In this document: positions 51,928 through 61,395 of the stretch, one piece after another
How the letters are laid out: each line of letters starts with the position of its first letter
How positions within the stretch are numbered: position 1 is the first letter of the stretch
Assembly (NCBI GenBank): GCA_020073495.1
Contig: JAIQFD010000007.1
Span: forward strand, 3,891 to 67,890
Direction: 5' to 3'
DNA: 64,000 nt
Source of the DNA: Terriglobia bacterium
GTDB taxonomy: Bacteria > Acidobacteriota > Terriglobia > Terriglobales > Acidobacteriaceae
Program-made: the position numbers and the translations under genes
The notes under the pieces: model-generated
Told to the model about the DNA's origin: nothing
Databases searched by the model: none
What the model saw: the letters and a program-made list of their open reading frames with translations, nothing else

Positions 51928-52980
51928 CTACTGGACTGAACCGACGATCCGCAGGACCATCTGCGTGCCGCTGTCCAGGTGTACGTCGCGGGTGCTGGAA
52001 GTGATCAGTGAACCCTGCGTCGGGTTGGCAGCGACCGAGGAAAGGTTCAACCCCCGCAAGCCGATCACGCCGTTGGCTGAAGACATGAGCTGGCCGGTGG
52101 CAGTGGTTGCACCGCCCACGTTGCTGCCCAACGATCCGGCGGCGTTCGTGGTCGCATTCAGCGCGCCGCCGGTCGTATTGCCGAGCCCTGCTGTGGTGTT
52201 CCCCACTGCGCCGGTGGTTGACCCCAGCGTCGAACCGACCGTCGAGCCGCCGCCGCCCAGCAGCCCGCCACCCGATCGGCCCCCGCCGGCCACCGCGCTG
52301 CCCGATGCCATGCCGCTCGTGGACTCCATCACGTCACTGCCGGGTCCGGCCGCCGTGAGGCTTTGCTGCGCCGCCCCCACTGCCTGGATCACAGCGTGCA
52401 TCGGCACTTCCTTACCGTTCTTCAGGATGGCCTTATCGAACACGATGCCTAGCGCGGAATCCGCCTGGCCGCTTGCGCTGGCGTTGCCTTCCGCCGAAGA
52501 CTTGTGGCCTTTCTCGCGCGGTTTGCATTCGGTCACGTGACCTACCAGGCGCGAACCCTTGGGAATCACAACCTGAGAAGAGCCCCCGGCGGAGGACTTC
52601 ACATTCTGCGTGACCTTGGCGGTGACTTCATCGCCCGGCCTGTTTTTCTTTACGTCGACCGACTTGTTGAGCACCGCGTTGACGGTGCTGCCTCCGGCCA
52701 GATTGGCGCTGCCCGGACCCAGCGCTGCGGAAGCCGTGTTGATCGCGCTGCCGTTAGCACTGGCGTTGCTCCTTTCCTGGCCGTTGTGCGAGGTGGTAGC
52801 CGCCGCGCCGGTCCTGGTCGCGCTCTGCGAACTCGCCTGCGCACCTGATTTGTCGGCAGAAACCGATGTCTGGTTCGAGGCGGAGCCGGAAGCCTGCGCC
52901 CCCGCTTGGGTCTGGGCGATGGCGGTATTCACGACTGCGCCCGAGGCTAGTGCCACTACTACTACCCAATGTTTAATCAT
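51928..52980 (-). CDS. Secreted Gly/Ser/Ala-rich protein
   Basis: ATG at 52980 after GGAGGAAAG. Signal peptide MIKHWVVVVALASGAVVNTAIAQ. The central segment NAVLNKSVDVKKNRPGDEVTAKV...VVIPKGSRLVGHV is shared with the protein at 60399-61028. Gly-rich C-terminal half. Confidence 0.65.
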   Translation of the reverse strand: MIKHWVVVVALASGAVVNTAIAQTQAGAQASGSASNQTSVSADKSGAQASSQSATRTGAAATTSHNGQERSNASANGSAINTASAALGPGSANLAGGSTVNAVLNKSVDVKKNRPGDEVTAKVTQNVKSSAGGSSQVVIPKGSRLVGHVTECKPREKGHKSSAEGNASASGQADSALGIVFDKAILKNGKEVPMHAVIQAVGAAQQSLTAAGPGSDVMESTSGMASGSAVAGGGRSGGGLLGGGGSTVGSTLGSTTGAVGNTTAGLGNTTGGALNATTNAAGSLGSNVGGATTATGQLMSSANGVIGLRGLNLSSVAANPTQGSLITSSTRDVHLDSGTQMVLRIVGSVQ

Positions 52981-53207
52981 CTTTCCTCCTGCAGAATCCT
53001 CATTGAACGCCGCTCTGAACCATGCGGCTCGGTCGACCGGATATTCCGGTCTGCCCCACTCTGATGGCAAGTTTAGCTGGAACGCCTATTTACCTGTCAA
53101 TAACCGATGACCGCAGGCGGGATTACGGAGGTGCTAGACCAGGGGGCCAGTGGGGGCACGCCCGTGAAATTCGGGGCGGCGCCCACGTCCGAAATACTCT
53201 CGAAATC

Positions 53208-53240
53208 AAAAAAAAACAGGGGTGAGGACAGGCACCCCTG
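53208..53240 (-). terminator. Strong orphan intrinsic terminator
   Basis: On the minus strand: CAGGGGTG-cctgtcct-CACCCCTG followed by nine T. There is no annotated gene upstream of it on that strand. Confidence 0.75.
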
Positions 53241-53504
53241 TTCATGACCTGATAACCTGTGGCGATAAGTAGTCTCGACGGCTGAGAAATTTACCAGGAT
53301 AGGCTTTCGCGAACCTCATCATGGCCCTGAAACCATCTCCAAACAAAGGCCCTAGCGCTCTCGGTCGCAAGCCGCGCGTCTTGAAGTAATCGGCCTACTC
53401 ATAATGGGGATGATCCTTTCGTGACCGGCGTGCGGGAGGACAATAGACCTCCGGGTGCAGCTGCTTGTCGTAAAATCTCCCATCATTGATCTCCGACGCC
53501 CCGG

Positions 53505-54932
53505 ATGTGCGCCGGAGATTCCGCAATGTTTCATTCACGTTCAGTTAGGACTCTGGCGGCAGGCGTGGCGGTTGCCGCCGCGTACTTCGTCGCCGGCAAG
53601 CTTGGACTGAGGATGGCGATCGTCAATCCCAGCGCAACGGTGGTGTGGCCGCCCGCCGGCATTGCGCTGGCGGCATTCCTGGTCCTTGGGTATCGCATCT
53701 GGCCCGCCATCCTGCTCGCTGCGTTCCTGGTGAACCTGACGACGGCCGGCAACGCAGCCACATCCCTGGGCATCGCGCTGGGCAACACGCTCGAAGGAGT
53801 CGTGGGCGCATTCCTGGTCAACCGCTTTGCTCAGGGTCGGGAGGTCTTCGATCGCGAAGAGAACATCGTTCGCTTCGCCATCCTCGCCGGCATGGGTAGC
53901 ACCATGGTCAGCGCCACCATCGGCGTCACCTCCCTGGCGCTGGGCGGTTTCGCCGACTGGTCGAGGTTCGGATCCATCTGGTCGGAATGGTGGACAGGAG
54001 ACATGACCGGAGTCCTAGTCGTGGCCCCAGTGCTCGTCCTCTGGAGCACGCGCCCCATGACACGCGGGCGGCCGCGTATCTCTGAGGCCACCGGCTTACT
54101 CCTGGGACTGCTTCTGATCGGCACCAGCGTCTTCGGAGGCCTCTTTCCGCCCTCTGCGACGGACTATCCATTATTCCTTTGCATCCCGTTCCTCCTATGG
54201 GCGTCGCTCCGATTCACGCAACGCCAGGCGGCGACGGCAACCTTGCTGTTGTCGGGGATCGCCGTCTGGGGCACGATGTACGGTCTTGGGCCGTTCGTCC
54301 GTCGATCGCCGCATGAGTCCCTCCTCTTGTTGCAGGCCTTCACCGGGTTTATGTCCGTCATGACGCTGGCTGTCGCGGCGCTGGTGAATCAACGCCGGCG
54401 GGTCGAGGAGGATCTGCGGCACATGGCGGTGAGCGATTCGTTGACCGGGTTGGCCAACCATCGTCGATTCATCCAAGTGCTGGAGGAGGAGCTGCAGCGC
54501 TCCCAGCGCACCAATCGGCCCTTCGCGGTCGTCCTGATCGACCTGGACGATCTGAAGGGGATCAACGATCGTCACGGCCATCTCGTGGGCAGCCGGGCCC
54601 TCTGCCGGCTCGCCGACATCCTCCGGGCCAGTTGTCGGTTCATCGACACCGCCGCTCGCTACGGCGGGGACGAGTTTGGCATGATCCTCGTGGAGACCGA
54701 GGGAGCCGCCGCCCGCGGGGTCGCGCAACGCGTCTGCGAGCAACTGGCCGCCGAGGTCGAGACACCGTCCCTCTCGGCGAGTGCGGGCGTCGCTGCACAT
54801 CCGGAGGATGGCGAAAGCGTCGAAATGCTCCTCCGGGCAGCCGACAGCGGCTTGTACCAGGTGAAGGGCAGCAACCGGCATAGACGACCGTCCCTCCTTC
54901 CGATTCACGCTGTCCCCCGCCAGCGCAAGTGA
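53505..54932 (+). CDS. MASE1-domain membrane sensor fused to a GGDEF diguanylate cyclase
   Basis: Eight-TM MASE1-like N-terminal half (AAYFVAGKLGL...WPPAGIALAAFLVLG...). GGDEF domain with SLTGLANHR, RYGGDEFGMIL and an RxxD I-site (RFID). The start may be the ATG at 53526. Confidence 0.9.
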   Translation: MCAGDSAMFHSRSVRTLAAGVAVAAAYFVAGKLGLRMAIVNPSATVVWPPAGIALAAFLVLGYRIWPAILLAAFLVNLTTAGNAATSLGIALGNTLEGVVGAFLVNRFAQGREVFDREENIVRFAILAGMGSTMVSATIGVTSLALGGFADWSRFGSIWSEWWTGDMTGVLVVAPVLVLWSTRPMTRGRPRISEATGLLLGLLLIGTSVFGGLFPPSATDYPLFLCIPFLLWASLRFTQRQAATATLLLSGIAVWGTMYGLGPFVRRSPHESLLLLQAFTGFMSVMTLAVAALVNQRRRVEEDLRHMAVSDSLTGLANHRRFIQVLEEELQRSQRTNRPFAVVLIDLDDLKGINDRHGHLVGSRALCRLADILRASCRFIDTAARYGGDEFGMILVETEGAAARGVAQRVCEQLAAEVETPSLSASAGVAAHPEDGESVEMLLRAADSGLYQVKGSNRHRRPSLLPIHAVPRQRK

Positions 54933-55011
54933 GACCGTCTCTACCGACCCACTAGGGGCGCATGACCGGAGTTGAATCTGGCGTTACCCCTGCGTGCAGG
55001 CAGGTGCTCAC

Positions 55012-56412
55012 TCAAGAGAGTTTTCGCGAAGTCTGACCCGAGAGTATCTGTAGCAGCAGCAACCAGCGCCGGAGGTTGCTGGTGACGAGGAAGTTTTCCT
55101 TCACGTGCTCGCGGCCGTTCTTCCCCAGCTGTCGGGCGACCTCGGGGTGGGTGAGGAGGTAACGGATCTGGTAGGCGCATCCTTCGACCGAATGGATCAG
55201 GACGCCGGTGAGGTTGTGGATCACCTGGTTGGGAATGCCGCCGACGGCGGCGGCGATGGTGGGTTTGCCCTTCCAGAGCGCCTCGGTCACGGTGAGACCG
55301 AAGCCCTCCCTCAGAGATTTCTGCACGATCAGGGTCGAGGCGCGCTGCAGGGCGTTGATCTCCAGGGCGCACCAGGGCGGCAAATCCAACACGATGATGT
55401 CGGGATCGCCGTTGGCTGCGACCGTGACCTCCTGGAGCACGGCGGCGCCTTCTGGATCGTCGGCGGCCCCGCCTCCCGCCAGCACCAGCTGAAAATCTAC
55501 GTACTTCTTGGCTAGCTTGTAGGCCTGGACCACTCCCAGAGGGTCTTTGAGCCGGTCGAAGCGCGAGACCTGGGTCACGATGGGCCGGGAGTGGTCGATG
55601 CCGCACTCGTCACAGACCTGGCGGACGACGCTCTCGTCCAGCTCCTTGTTCTTTTCCGAAAGAGGATCGATGCAGGGATAAAAGAGGTACTGGGGGATCG
55701 CAAGCTGCCGGGCAAACGACTGCGAGGAAAAGATGGCGGCGTCGTATTGCTCGATCATCGGGCGGAGGAATCCCCACACCTCGGGATGAGGGTTGGAGAG
55801 GTCGATGTGGCAGCGCCAGATCCAGTGCGCGTGGGAACTGGGGCGGGCGCGGATGAGAGCTGCGGGCTGGGGATCGTGGATCACGACGAAGTCCTCCTCG
55901 AACTGCATGCGCTCGCGGTTCTGCTCGTTGCTCATGAGGAAGATCTCCCGGGCTTCCCGGGTGAGCTGGTATTCGCCTCCGTGCAGCGCGTTATGAAAGC
56001 CCTTGGTGATCTCGAAAAAGTCATTGCCGCCGGTGATGACCTCCCAGCGGGCGGCTACCTCCAGCTCCTTCAGCAGGGGAACCAGGTGATGCAGCATCTC
56101 GGCGACGCCTCCGCCGACGGCCGTGGAGTTCACCATCTTGACGGTCTTTCCGCGGAGATAGCCGGCGATCAAGCGCAGCTCGTCCAGGGCCGGCTTGCCC
56201 GTGACCGGCTCGTAGTCATCGAGCCGCGGCACGGGGGTCGGAAGCGGCGGGATGGGGGAGATGCGCGGCGTTTTGCGTCGCTCCCGCTGGGGGTGAGGAA
56301 ACTCGACCGGCGCTGAGGGAGCGGCCGCGGTGCCAGGCTTGTCGTCACCGCGGGATGCGGAGGGACCCAGCGGCCGCGCCGCATCTCCCGGACTGTTGCG
56401 GTCAGCCGTCAT
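55012..56412 (-). CDS. treT: Trehalose synthase TreT-like GT4 glycosyltransferase
   Basis: ATG at 56412. After a ~60-aa Pro-rich leader: VKMVNSTAVGGGVAEMLHHLVPLLKELEV...WEVITGGNDFFEITKGFHNALHG..., C-terminal GT-B motif QKSLREGFGLTVTEALWKGKP. The ORF-track start at 56832 is an artefactual extension over the next gene. Confidence 0.65.
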   Translation of the reverse strand: MTADRNSPGDAARPLGPSASRGDDKPGTAAAPSAPVEFPHPQRERRKTPRISPIPPLPTPVPRLDDYEPVTGKPALDELRLIAGYLRGKTVKMVNSTAVGGGVAEMLHHLVPLLKELEVAARWEVITGGNDFFEITKGFHNALHGGEYQLTREAREIFLMSNEQNRERMQFEEDFVVIHDPQPAALIRARPSSHAHWIWRCHIDLSNPHPEVWGFLRPMIEQYDAAIFSSQSFARQLAIPQYLFYPCIDPLSEKNKELDESVVRQVCDECGIDHSRPIVTQVSRFDRLKDPLGVVQAYKLAKKYVDFQLVLAGGGAADDPEGAAVLQEVTVAANGDPDIIVLDLPPWCALEINALQRASTLIVQKSLREGFGLTVTEALWKGKPTIAAAVGGIPNQVIHNLTGVLIHSVEGCAYQIRYLLTHPEVARQLGKNGREHVKENFLVTSNLRRWLLLLQILSGQTSRKLS

Positions 56413-56431
56413 CTCGGATGTCGCTCCCTGC

Positions 56432-57112
56432 TCATGCCAGCGCGCGCTCCACGATGTAGATGATCTGGCGGCGGACATCTTCCAGCGTGGCGGTGTAGAT
56501 GTCGATGCGGTTGAGGCGGCGGGCGGCGTCGGGCAAGCCCAACTCGTCCTGCAGCCACAGCGAGAAGTCGTTGGAGCTGAGCTTGAGGCGCAGCCGCGCT
56601 TCGATGAAGTGATGATGGATGGAATGGACGCTGACGCGAGCCAGGGCGTCGGCAAATTCCGCCAGGTTGCGGGCGGCGAAGGGAGTCGGCAGCACGACGA
56701 TCTCGGCGGCACAGAAGTAAAAGGGTTCCTCCACCGTTTCCTGGGAGGAGCGCGGATGGCGCCGCGTGAACTCCTCGACGATCTCGACGATGCGCGCACG
56801 CAGGTCTGCAAGAGAGGTGAACTCGCGCACATCCACTCCGGCTAGGCGTTCGGCGAGTGCGGGCTCATCGCAGGAGGCGAAAGCCCAGTGGGCGAAATCG
56901 TTGGAGAAACCCTTGGGGATAAAGTGGTGTTCTTCCAGCGTTCGAAAGGTGTGCTGAAAGATGGAGTCGTCGGGGCAGGAGCGCAGTGCCTGCAGCAGCT
57001 CAGAGAGATTCGATGCTTTTTGGCGTCCGATGCGAAGCAAGTGGGCGGAGGAATTGAAATAGAAAGGCTGGCGCGCCGCACCCGAGTGTCTGGTTGGCGA
57101 GGGGTTCAACAT
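56432..57112 (-). CDS. Conserved hypothetical protein of the trehalose cluster (possibly DUF5752-like)
   Basis: ATG at 57112 (MLNPSPTRH...). Balanced composition, 226 aa. The family name comes from memory only. The 370-aa ORF-track version overlaps otsB out of frame. Confidence 0.55.
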   Translation of the reverse strand: MLNPSPTRHSGAARQPFYFNSSAHLLRIGRQKASNLSELLQALRSCPDDSIFQHTFRTLEEHHFIPKGFSNDFAHWAFASCDEPALAERLAGVDVREFTSLADLRARIVEIVEEFTRRHPRSSQETVEEPFYFCAAEIVVLPTPFAARNLAEFADALARVSVHSIHHHFIEARLRLKLSSNDFSLWLQDELGLPDAARRLNRIDIYTATLEDVRRQIIYIVERALA

Positions 57113-57122
57113 GAGATCGCGA

Positions 57123-57917
57123 TCATCGGCCCATCCTGCGCGCCCGCAACCACTGCGACAGGAAGTCCAGGAGTTCTCCGGGGGGCTTGATCCAGAGGCT
57201 GGCTGCGGTGCACCTCCATTCCGGCCGCACCAGCACGGCAAGCCCGCGGGGCTGGAGGGCGGCGAACGCCTCCTCGTCGGTCTGGTCATCGCCCAGGTAG
57301 GCGATGGCGGCGTCTTCGCCCATCTCTGCCAGGATGGTCTGGACGGCATCCGTCTTGCTCTTGCCGGCGACGCGGAGTTCGAGGCCGCCATCGAAGTCCA
57401 GCAGCTCCATGTTGAAGCGGACGGAGATAGGCACCCATAGCAGCAAGACCTTGCTTCGCAGCTCGGCCGCCGTGGGCTCCGGGAGGCCGCGCCAATGCAG
57501 CGCGACGCTCCCAGGCTTAAGTTCGGCCAGTTGACGCAGCCCAAGCTGCTCCAGCCAGGCGGCGGCCCCGGTCAGGGCCTGCTGCGCTTCGGAGTTCACC
57601 ACAGCCATCTCGCAGGTCCCGTCCGGCCGCAGGCGCTGCAGGCCGTGCGCGCCCCAGACCTCGGGATACGGATAGACGCCTAGCAGCCGAACCACCTCCC
57701 CCGCCGGGCGGCCGGTGACCATGACCACGCGGGTGGAGCCCTTGTTCATGATCTCCTCCAGCAGTCTGGGCACACCCGGGTAGGGGGTGGCACGATCACG
57801 CTCCACGCAAAAAGGCGCCAGTGTCCCGTCGTAATCGAGCAGAAGGGCAGCCGAGCGCGCGCTCGCCAGCTGCGCCAGGAACTGTTCTCGGTCCATGATC
57901 TCGGTGGTGACCTGCAA
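57123..57917 (-). CDS. otsB: Trehalose-6-phosphate phosphatase (HAD family)
   Basis: HAD motif I LLLDYDGTLAPF, then VMVTGRP and YLGDDQTDEEAF. 264 aa (alternative ATG at 57896). Confidence 0.85.
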   Translation of the reverse strand: MQVTTEIMDREQFLAQLASARSAALLLDYDGTLAPFCVERDRATPYPGVPRLLEEIMNKGSTRVVMVTGRPAGEVVRLLGVYPYPEVWGAHGLQRLRPDGTCEMAVVNSEAQQALTGAAAWLEQLGLRQLAELKPGSVALHWRGLPEPTAAELRSKVLLLWVPISVRFNMELLDFDGGLELRVAGKSKTDAVQTILAEMGEDAAIAYLGDDQTDEEAFAALQPRGLAVLVRPEWRCTAASLWIKPPGELLDFLSQWLRARRMGR

Positions 57918-57953
57918 GTCTCGAATCCCTCCGCTTGTAGTGGCCGCCTGTGG

Positions 57954-60239
57954 TCAGGCCACGGATGCGCGTTCGCCGGCGGATGCCTCGAGGCCCTCCG
58001 GCATATCCAGGCGGACGCCACACAGGTCCGCCAGCAGGGTGCCGGCCCACCGGTAGACGTTCTGTTCCTTGACGATCTTGCGCATATGCCGCATGCGCGC
58101 CCTTCTGTCGGCCGAGTCCATCTCCAGCGCGGAGTGGATCGCCTGGGCCATCTGGTCGATGTCGTAGGGATTCACCAGGAGGGCGTCGCGCAACTCGTGG
58201 GCGGCGCCGGTGAAACAGCTCAGGATGAGCATGCCCTGCTCATCGTGGCGCTCGGCCAGAAATTCCTTGGCCACCAGATTCATGCCGTCGTGCAGTGAGG
58301 TGACCATGCACACGTCTGCGGCCCGATAGAACCGCTGCAGCTCCTGGTGACTGTGCTGGCGTTTGAGGAACACGATGGGCTTCCAGCTCTCCGTCTGAAA
58401 GCGCCAGCTGATGCGCTCGGCCTCGCGTTCCACCTCTGCGTAGAGGTCGTGGTAGCGCTTGATGTGGGTGCGGCTGGGCGCCCCGATCTGCACGAACGTG
58501 AACTTTCCCCGGTACTCGGGGAACTTCTCCAGGAAGCGTTCGACGGCGAGCAAGCGCTCCAGGATCCCCTTGGTGTAGTCCACGCGGTCCACGCCCAGGC
58601 CGAGGTAGAGCGCGTCCACGCCGAGCTCCTTGAGCAGCGAGTTGCGCTCCGAATAGGACACGTCCGGGACGGGGGCGCGGGGCTTGGGCTCCTGGAATTC
58701 CACGCTGATGGGAAACGGGCGGACGAGGGTCACGTGGCCCCGGCGCTTGACGGAAAAATGTTCCCAGTCGACGCGCGATTCCAGTGCCCGGTCCACCGTC
58801 TGCATGAAATGGTTGCAATGCGATTGGATGTGGAAGCCCACCAGGTCGGCGGCCAGCAGGCCGTCGAGCAGCTCGCGCTGTACGGGGCAGATGCCGAAGA
58901 CCTCCGGGTTTGGCCAAGGGATGTGCCAAAAGATAGCCACACGCGCCTCGGGACGCTTTTCCTTCACATAGCGAGGGAGCAAGGCGAAGTGATAGTCCTG
59001 GGCCAGGAGCACAGGCGTTTCCGTGCCCGCCATTTCTTCCAGCACCGCATCGGCGAACCTGCGATTCACCTGCTGGTAGTGTTCCCAATCGGTGGTGCGG
59101 AAGATGGGGCGGGTATGTGCGATGTGGCAGAGCGGCCACAGTCCCTCGTTGGCGAATCCGTAGTAATAGCCCTCTTCCTCTTCCTTGCTCAGCCAGACGC
59201 GGCGCAGGGTGTAGCGCGGGTCGTCCGGGGGAACGCGCAGGCGGTCGTGCCTGTCGACCGTCTCCAGGTCGGCATCGCCGGAGCCATGGGCGAGCCAGGT
59301 GCCGTCGCAGGTGCGGAGCACGGGTTCGAGCGCCGTCACCAGCCCACTGGCAGGTACGATCATCTCCACCGACTTGCCCTTGCGCATGTGCATGTAGGGC
59401 TCGCGGTTGGAGACCACGAACAGGCGGCTGCCTCCCAGCTTGCTGCGTACGTGGACGGCGAGGCGTTCCGGGGTCCACAACGACTCTCCCGCGTCGCGAA
59501 GCCGGGCCTCGGTCTCTGCCGCCGACCGGGCCTGCTTCAGGCTCTCCGCAAAGGTGGCTACCTCGCTGGCCAGAGGGCGAAAAAAGTCCCAGTCGGGGAA
59601 ATTCTGACGTGTCGAGGCCCGGTTGGTGCGCAGGGCCTTCATCCATTGCGCGACGCTGGCGATGGGTCCTGCGATGCTCCAGCGCACGATCAGCAGGGTG
59701 ATGAGTGCGATGAACAGCGTCTGCACAAGAACATGCAGAAACGTGTTGCGCCAAAGCTCCTGCATCTGAGCATTGATGTACGCTGCGTCGTGCACGATCG
59801 CCAAGCCGCCGATCGCCGCCTCGTTGCGATGGAGAGGCAATGCGTAAATGTGCATCGGCATGTCATCGATGCGTAGAAACGTACCTTGTGCGCGGTTGGC
59901 GGCGATGGCGCCCCTGACCACTTCCGGCTCCGTGGCGATCTTCTGGGCAAGCCCTGGGGTCATTGCGAGCGGAACGCCCTCGGTGTCATAGACGGCGATC
60001 CCCGCCAGGCGTTCGCGGTTGCCGAAACGGGCGACGATCCGCTGCAACTCGGGGCGCGAGCCTTTCGCCATGAGAGGCTCGATGACTTCGAGCAGGCTGT
60101 CTCCCAGGACTTCGGCCCGCTTCTGCAACTCATTCCTCCGGTTCTGCTTTTCCGAACGAACCTCATAGAAAGCAAAAAATGTCGAGACGAGAGAAATCCC
60201 AAGGACCAGGGAAACAATCAGCCGCAGGCTCAGTCGCAT
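57954..60239 (-). CDS. otsA: Trehalose-6-phosphate synthase (GT20) with an N-terminal TM-periplasmic domain-TM-HAMP-like module
   Basis: ATG at 60239 after GGAGAGGAG. TM1 [18 protein letters not shown], a ~150-aa extracytoplasmic segment, TM2 [19 protein letters not shown], then [17 protein letters not shown] (HAMP-like). The GT20 core follows: [41 protein letters not shown]. Confidence 0.85.
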   Translation of the reverse strand: MRLSLRLIVSLVLGISLVSTFFAFYEVRSEKQNRRNELQKRAEVLGDSLLEVIEPLMAKGSRPELQRIVARFGNRERLAGIAVYDTEGVPLAMTPGLAQKIATEPEVVRGAIAANRAQGTFLRIDDMPMHIYALPLHRNEAAIGGLAIVHDAAYINAQMQELWRNTFLHVLVQTLFIALITLLIVRWSIAGPIASVAQWMKALRTNRASTRQNFPDWDFFRPLASEVATFAESLKQARSAAETEARLRDAGESLWTPERLAVHVRSKLGGSRLFVVSNREPYMHMRKGKSVEMIVPASGLVTALEPVLRTCDGTWLAHGSGDADLETVDRHDRLRVPPDDPRYTLRRVWLSKEEEEGYYYGFANEGLWPLCHIAHTRPIFRTTDWEHYQQVNRRFADAVLEEMAGTETPVLLAQDYHFALLPRYVKEKRPEARVAIFWHIPWPNPEVFGICPVQRELLDGLLAADLVGFHIQSHCNHFMQTVDRALESRVDWEHFSVKRRGHVTLVRPFPISVEFQEPKPRAPVPDVSYSERNSLLKELGVDALYLGLGVDRVDYTKGILERLLAVERFLEKFPEYRGKFTFVQIGAPSRTHIKRYHDLYAEVEREAERISWRFQTESWKPIVFLKRQHSHQELQRFYRAADVCMVTSLHDGMNLVAKEFLAERHDEQGMLILSCFTGAAHELRDALLVNPYDIDQMAQAIHSALEMDSADRRARMRHMRKIVKEQNVYRWAGTLLADLCGVRLDMPEGLEASAGERASVA

Positions 60240-60398
60240 GGTCGCTCCTCTCCTCTCATTGCCGGGTGATCAGGAACAACAGGGTCCGCAAGCAATCGAT
60301 CCGTCGCGCTCATACCTCGGGGACAAAACGGAACGGGTTTCAGCACGGCTCTGGCTAGTCAATGGCCGAAACCCGCCCGTCCTCCGTGCAAGAGTTCA

Positions 60399-61028
60399 CT
60401 AGCCCTTCAGATCGATGCTGATCGGCTGCGTGAGCTTGAACGTGAGGTGCTGTTCCGCCGGCAGTTTGATGTCATGCTTGCCGGTCAGGAAAGCGACCAG
60501 AGTCCCGGCGCCCGCGCCCACTGGGCCGCCGATCAGCGCTCCCTTGCCACCGCCGGCGATGGCTCCGATGACTGCTCCACCGGCTCCGCCGCCGCCGATC
60601 CACGCCAGGTTCCTCTTGTTGTGGTTTCTGCCTGAACGGACCGCATAGCTTGTCGCCACGGGATAGGACCTGCCGTCCATGTCCAGCTCCGTGAGCGCGA
60701 GCTTCAGCCGCGGCACTCCGCGCAGATGGCCGGCCGGCACCGCATCCACCACGCGCCCCTTCACAGGCGCGCCTTTCGGGATCACCGTCTCGTTATCGAT
60801 GACGACGGGCTGAGCGACGGTGGCGTCGAAGGTTTCACCCGGCCGGGAGCGATCGCTCGAGAGCGCGCCAGTCAGGACGACATCGACCGCCGTGCCCTCG
60901 GGCACGGTGACCATGACCGGTTGACTAAGCTTTTCGCTTTGACGATTGGCCCACACGGCGCCGGTCGCGACCACGGCCAATAACAGGGCCGCTGCGGACA
61001 TCAAGTAAGTGCGCTTGCCTATCTTCAT
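60399..61028 (-). CDS. Secreted/membrane protein with a Gly-zipper C-terminus
   Basis: ATG after AGGAGG. Signal/anchor LMSAAALLLAVVATGAVWA. GTAVDVVLTGALSSDRSRPGETFDATV...VIPKGAPVKGRVV, then WIGGGGAGGAVIGAIAGGGKGALIGGPVGAGAG. Confidence 0.65.
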   Translation of the reverse strand: MKIGKRTYLMSAAALLLAVVATGAVWANRQSEKLSQPVMVTVPEGTAVDVVLTGALSSDRSRPGETFDATVAQPVVIDNETVIPKGAPVKGRVVDAVPAGHLRGVPRLKLALTELDMDGRSYPVATSYAVRSGRNHNKRNLAWIGGGGAGGAVIGAIAGGGKGALIGGPVGAGAGTLVAFLTGKHDIKLPAEQHLTFKLTQPISIDLKG

Positions 61029-61395
61029 ATGGCACCTCCTAGCAAAAGCGTCTTGATGGTCTGCCTACTGACTCTGCACGTTATGCACGAACCGATGTTC
61101 CGCTGGAGGCAGACGGCTGCAGTCTAGGTGAGGCCGGCTGGGCGACACACTCCGGAACATGCTGTAAACTTCCGCGGGGGTTACTGTAGGGCGCTTGGCG
61201 TGTGGTAGATCCAGGGATGTCCTCTCGTACATCGCATCGTGGCCGTTCGACCATGCACTTGCGTTCTCGTCCAAAAGGTAAGAACTCTGCCCGGGATGGA
61301 GGAGTCTGGACGATACTTGGTGGAATCGAGTCCTAAGGCTGATCGAGGGGGTTCACAGACAAACGGATCCTAGACCTCCCCCAGGAGCTGTCTGT

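Noticed and set aside
58240-59876. ORFs 58240-59754 (-, 504 aa) and 58347-59876 (+, 509 aa) inside otsA.
   Set aside because: Off-frame and antisense to a frame containing the full set of GT20 motifs. Extremely R/P/G-rich composition.
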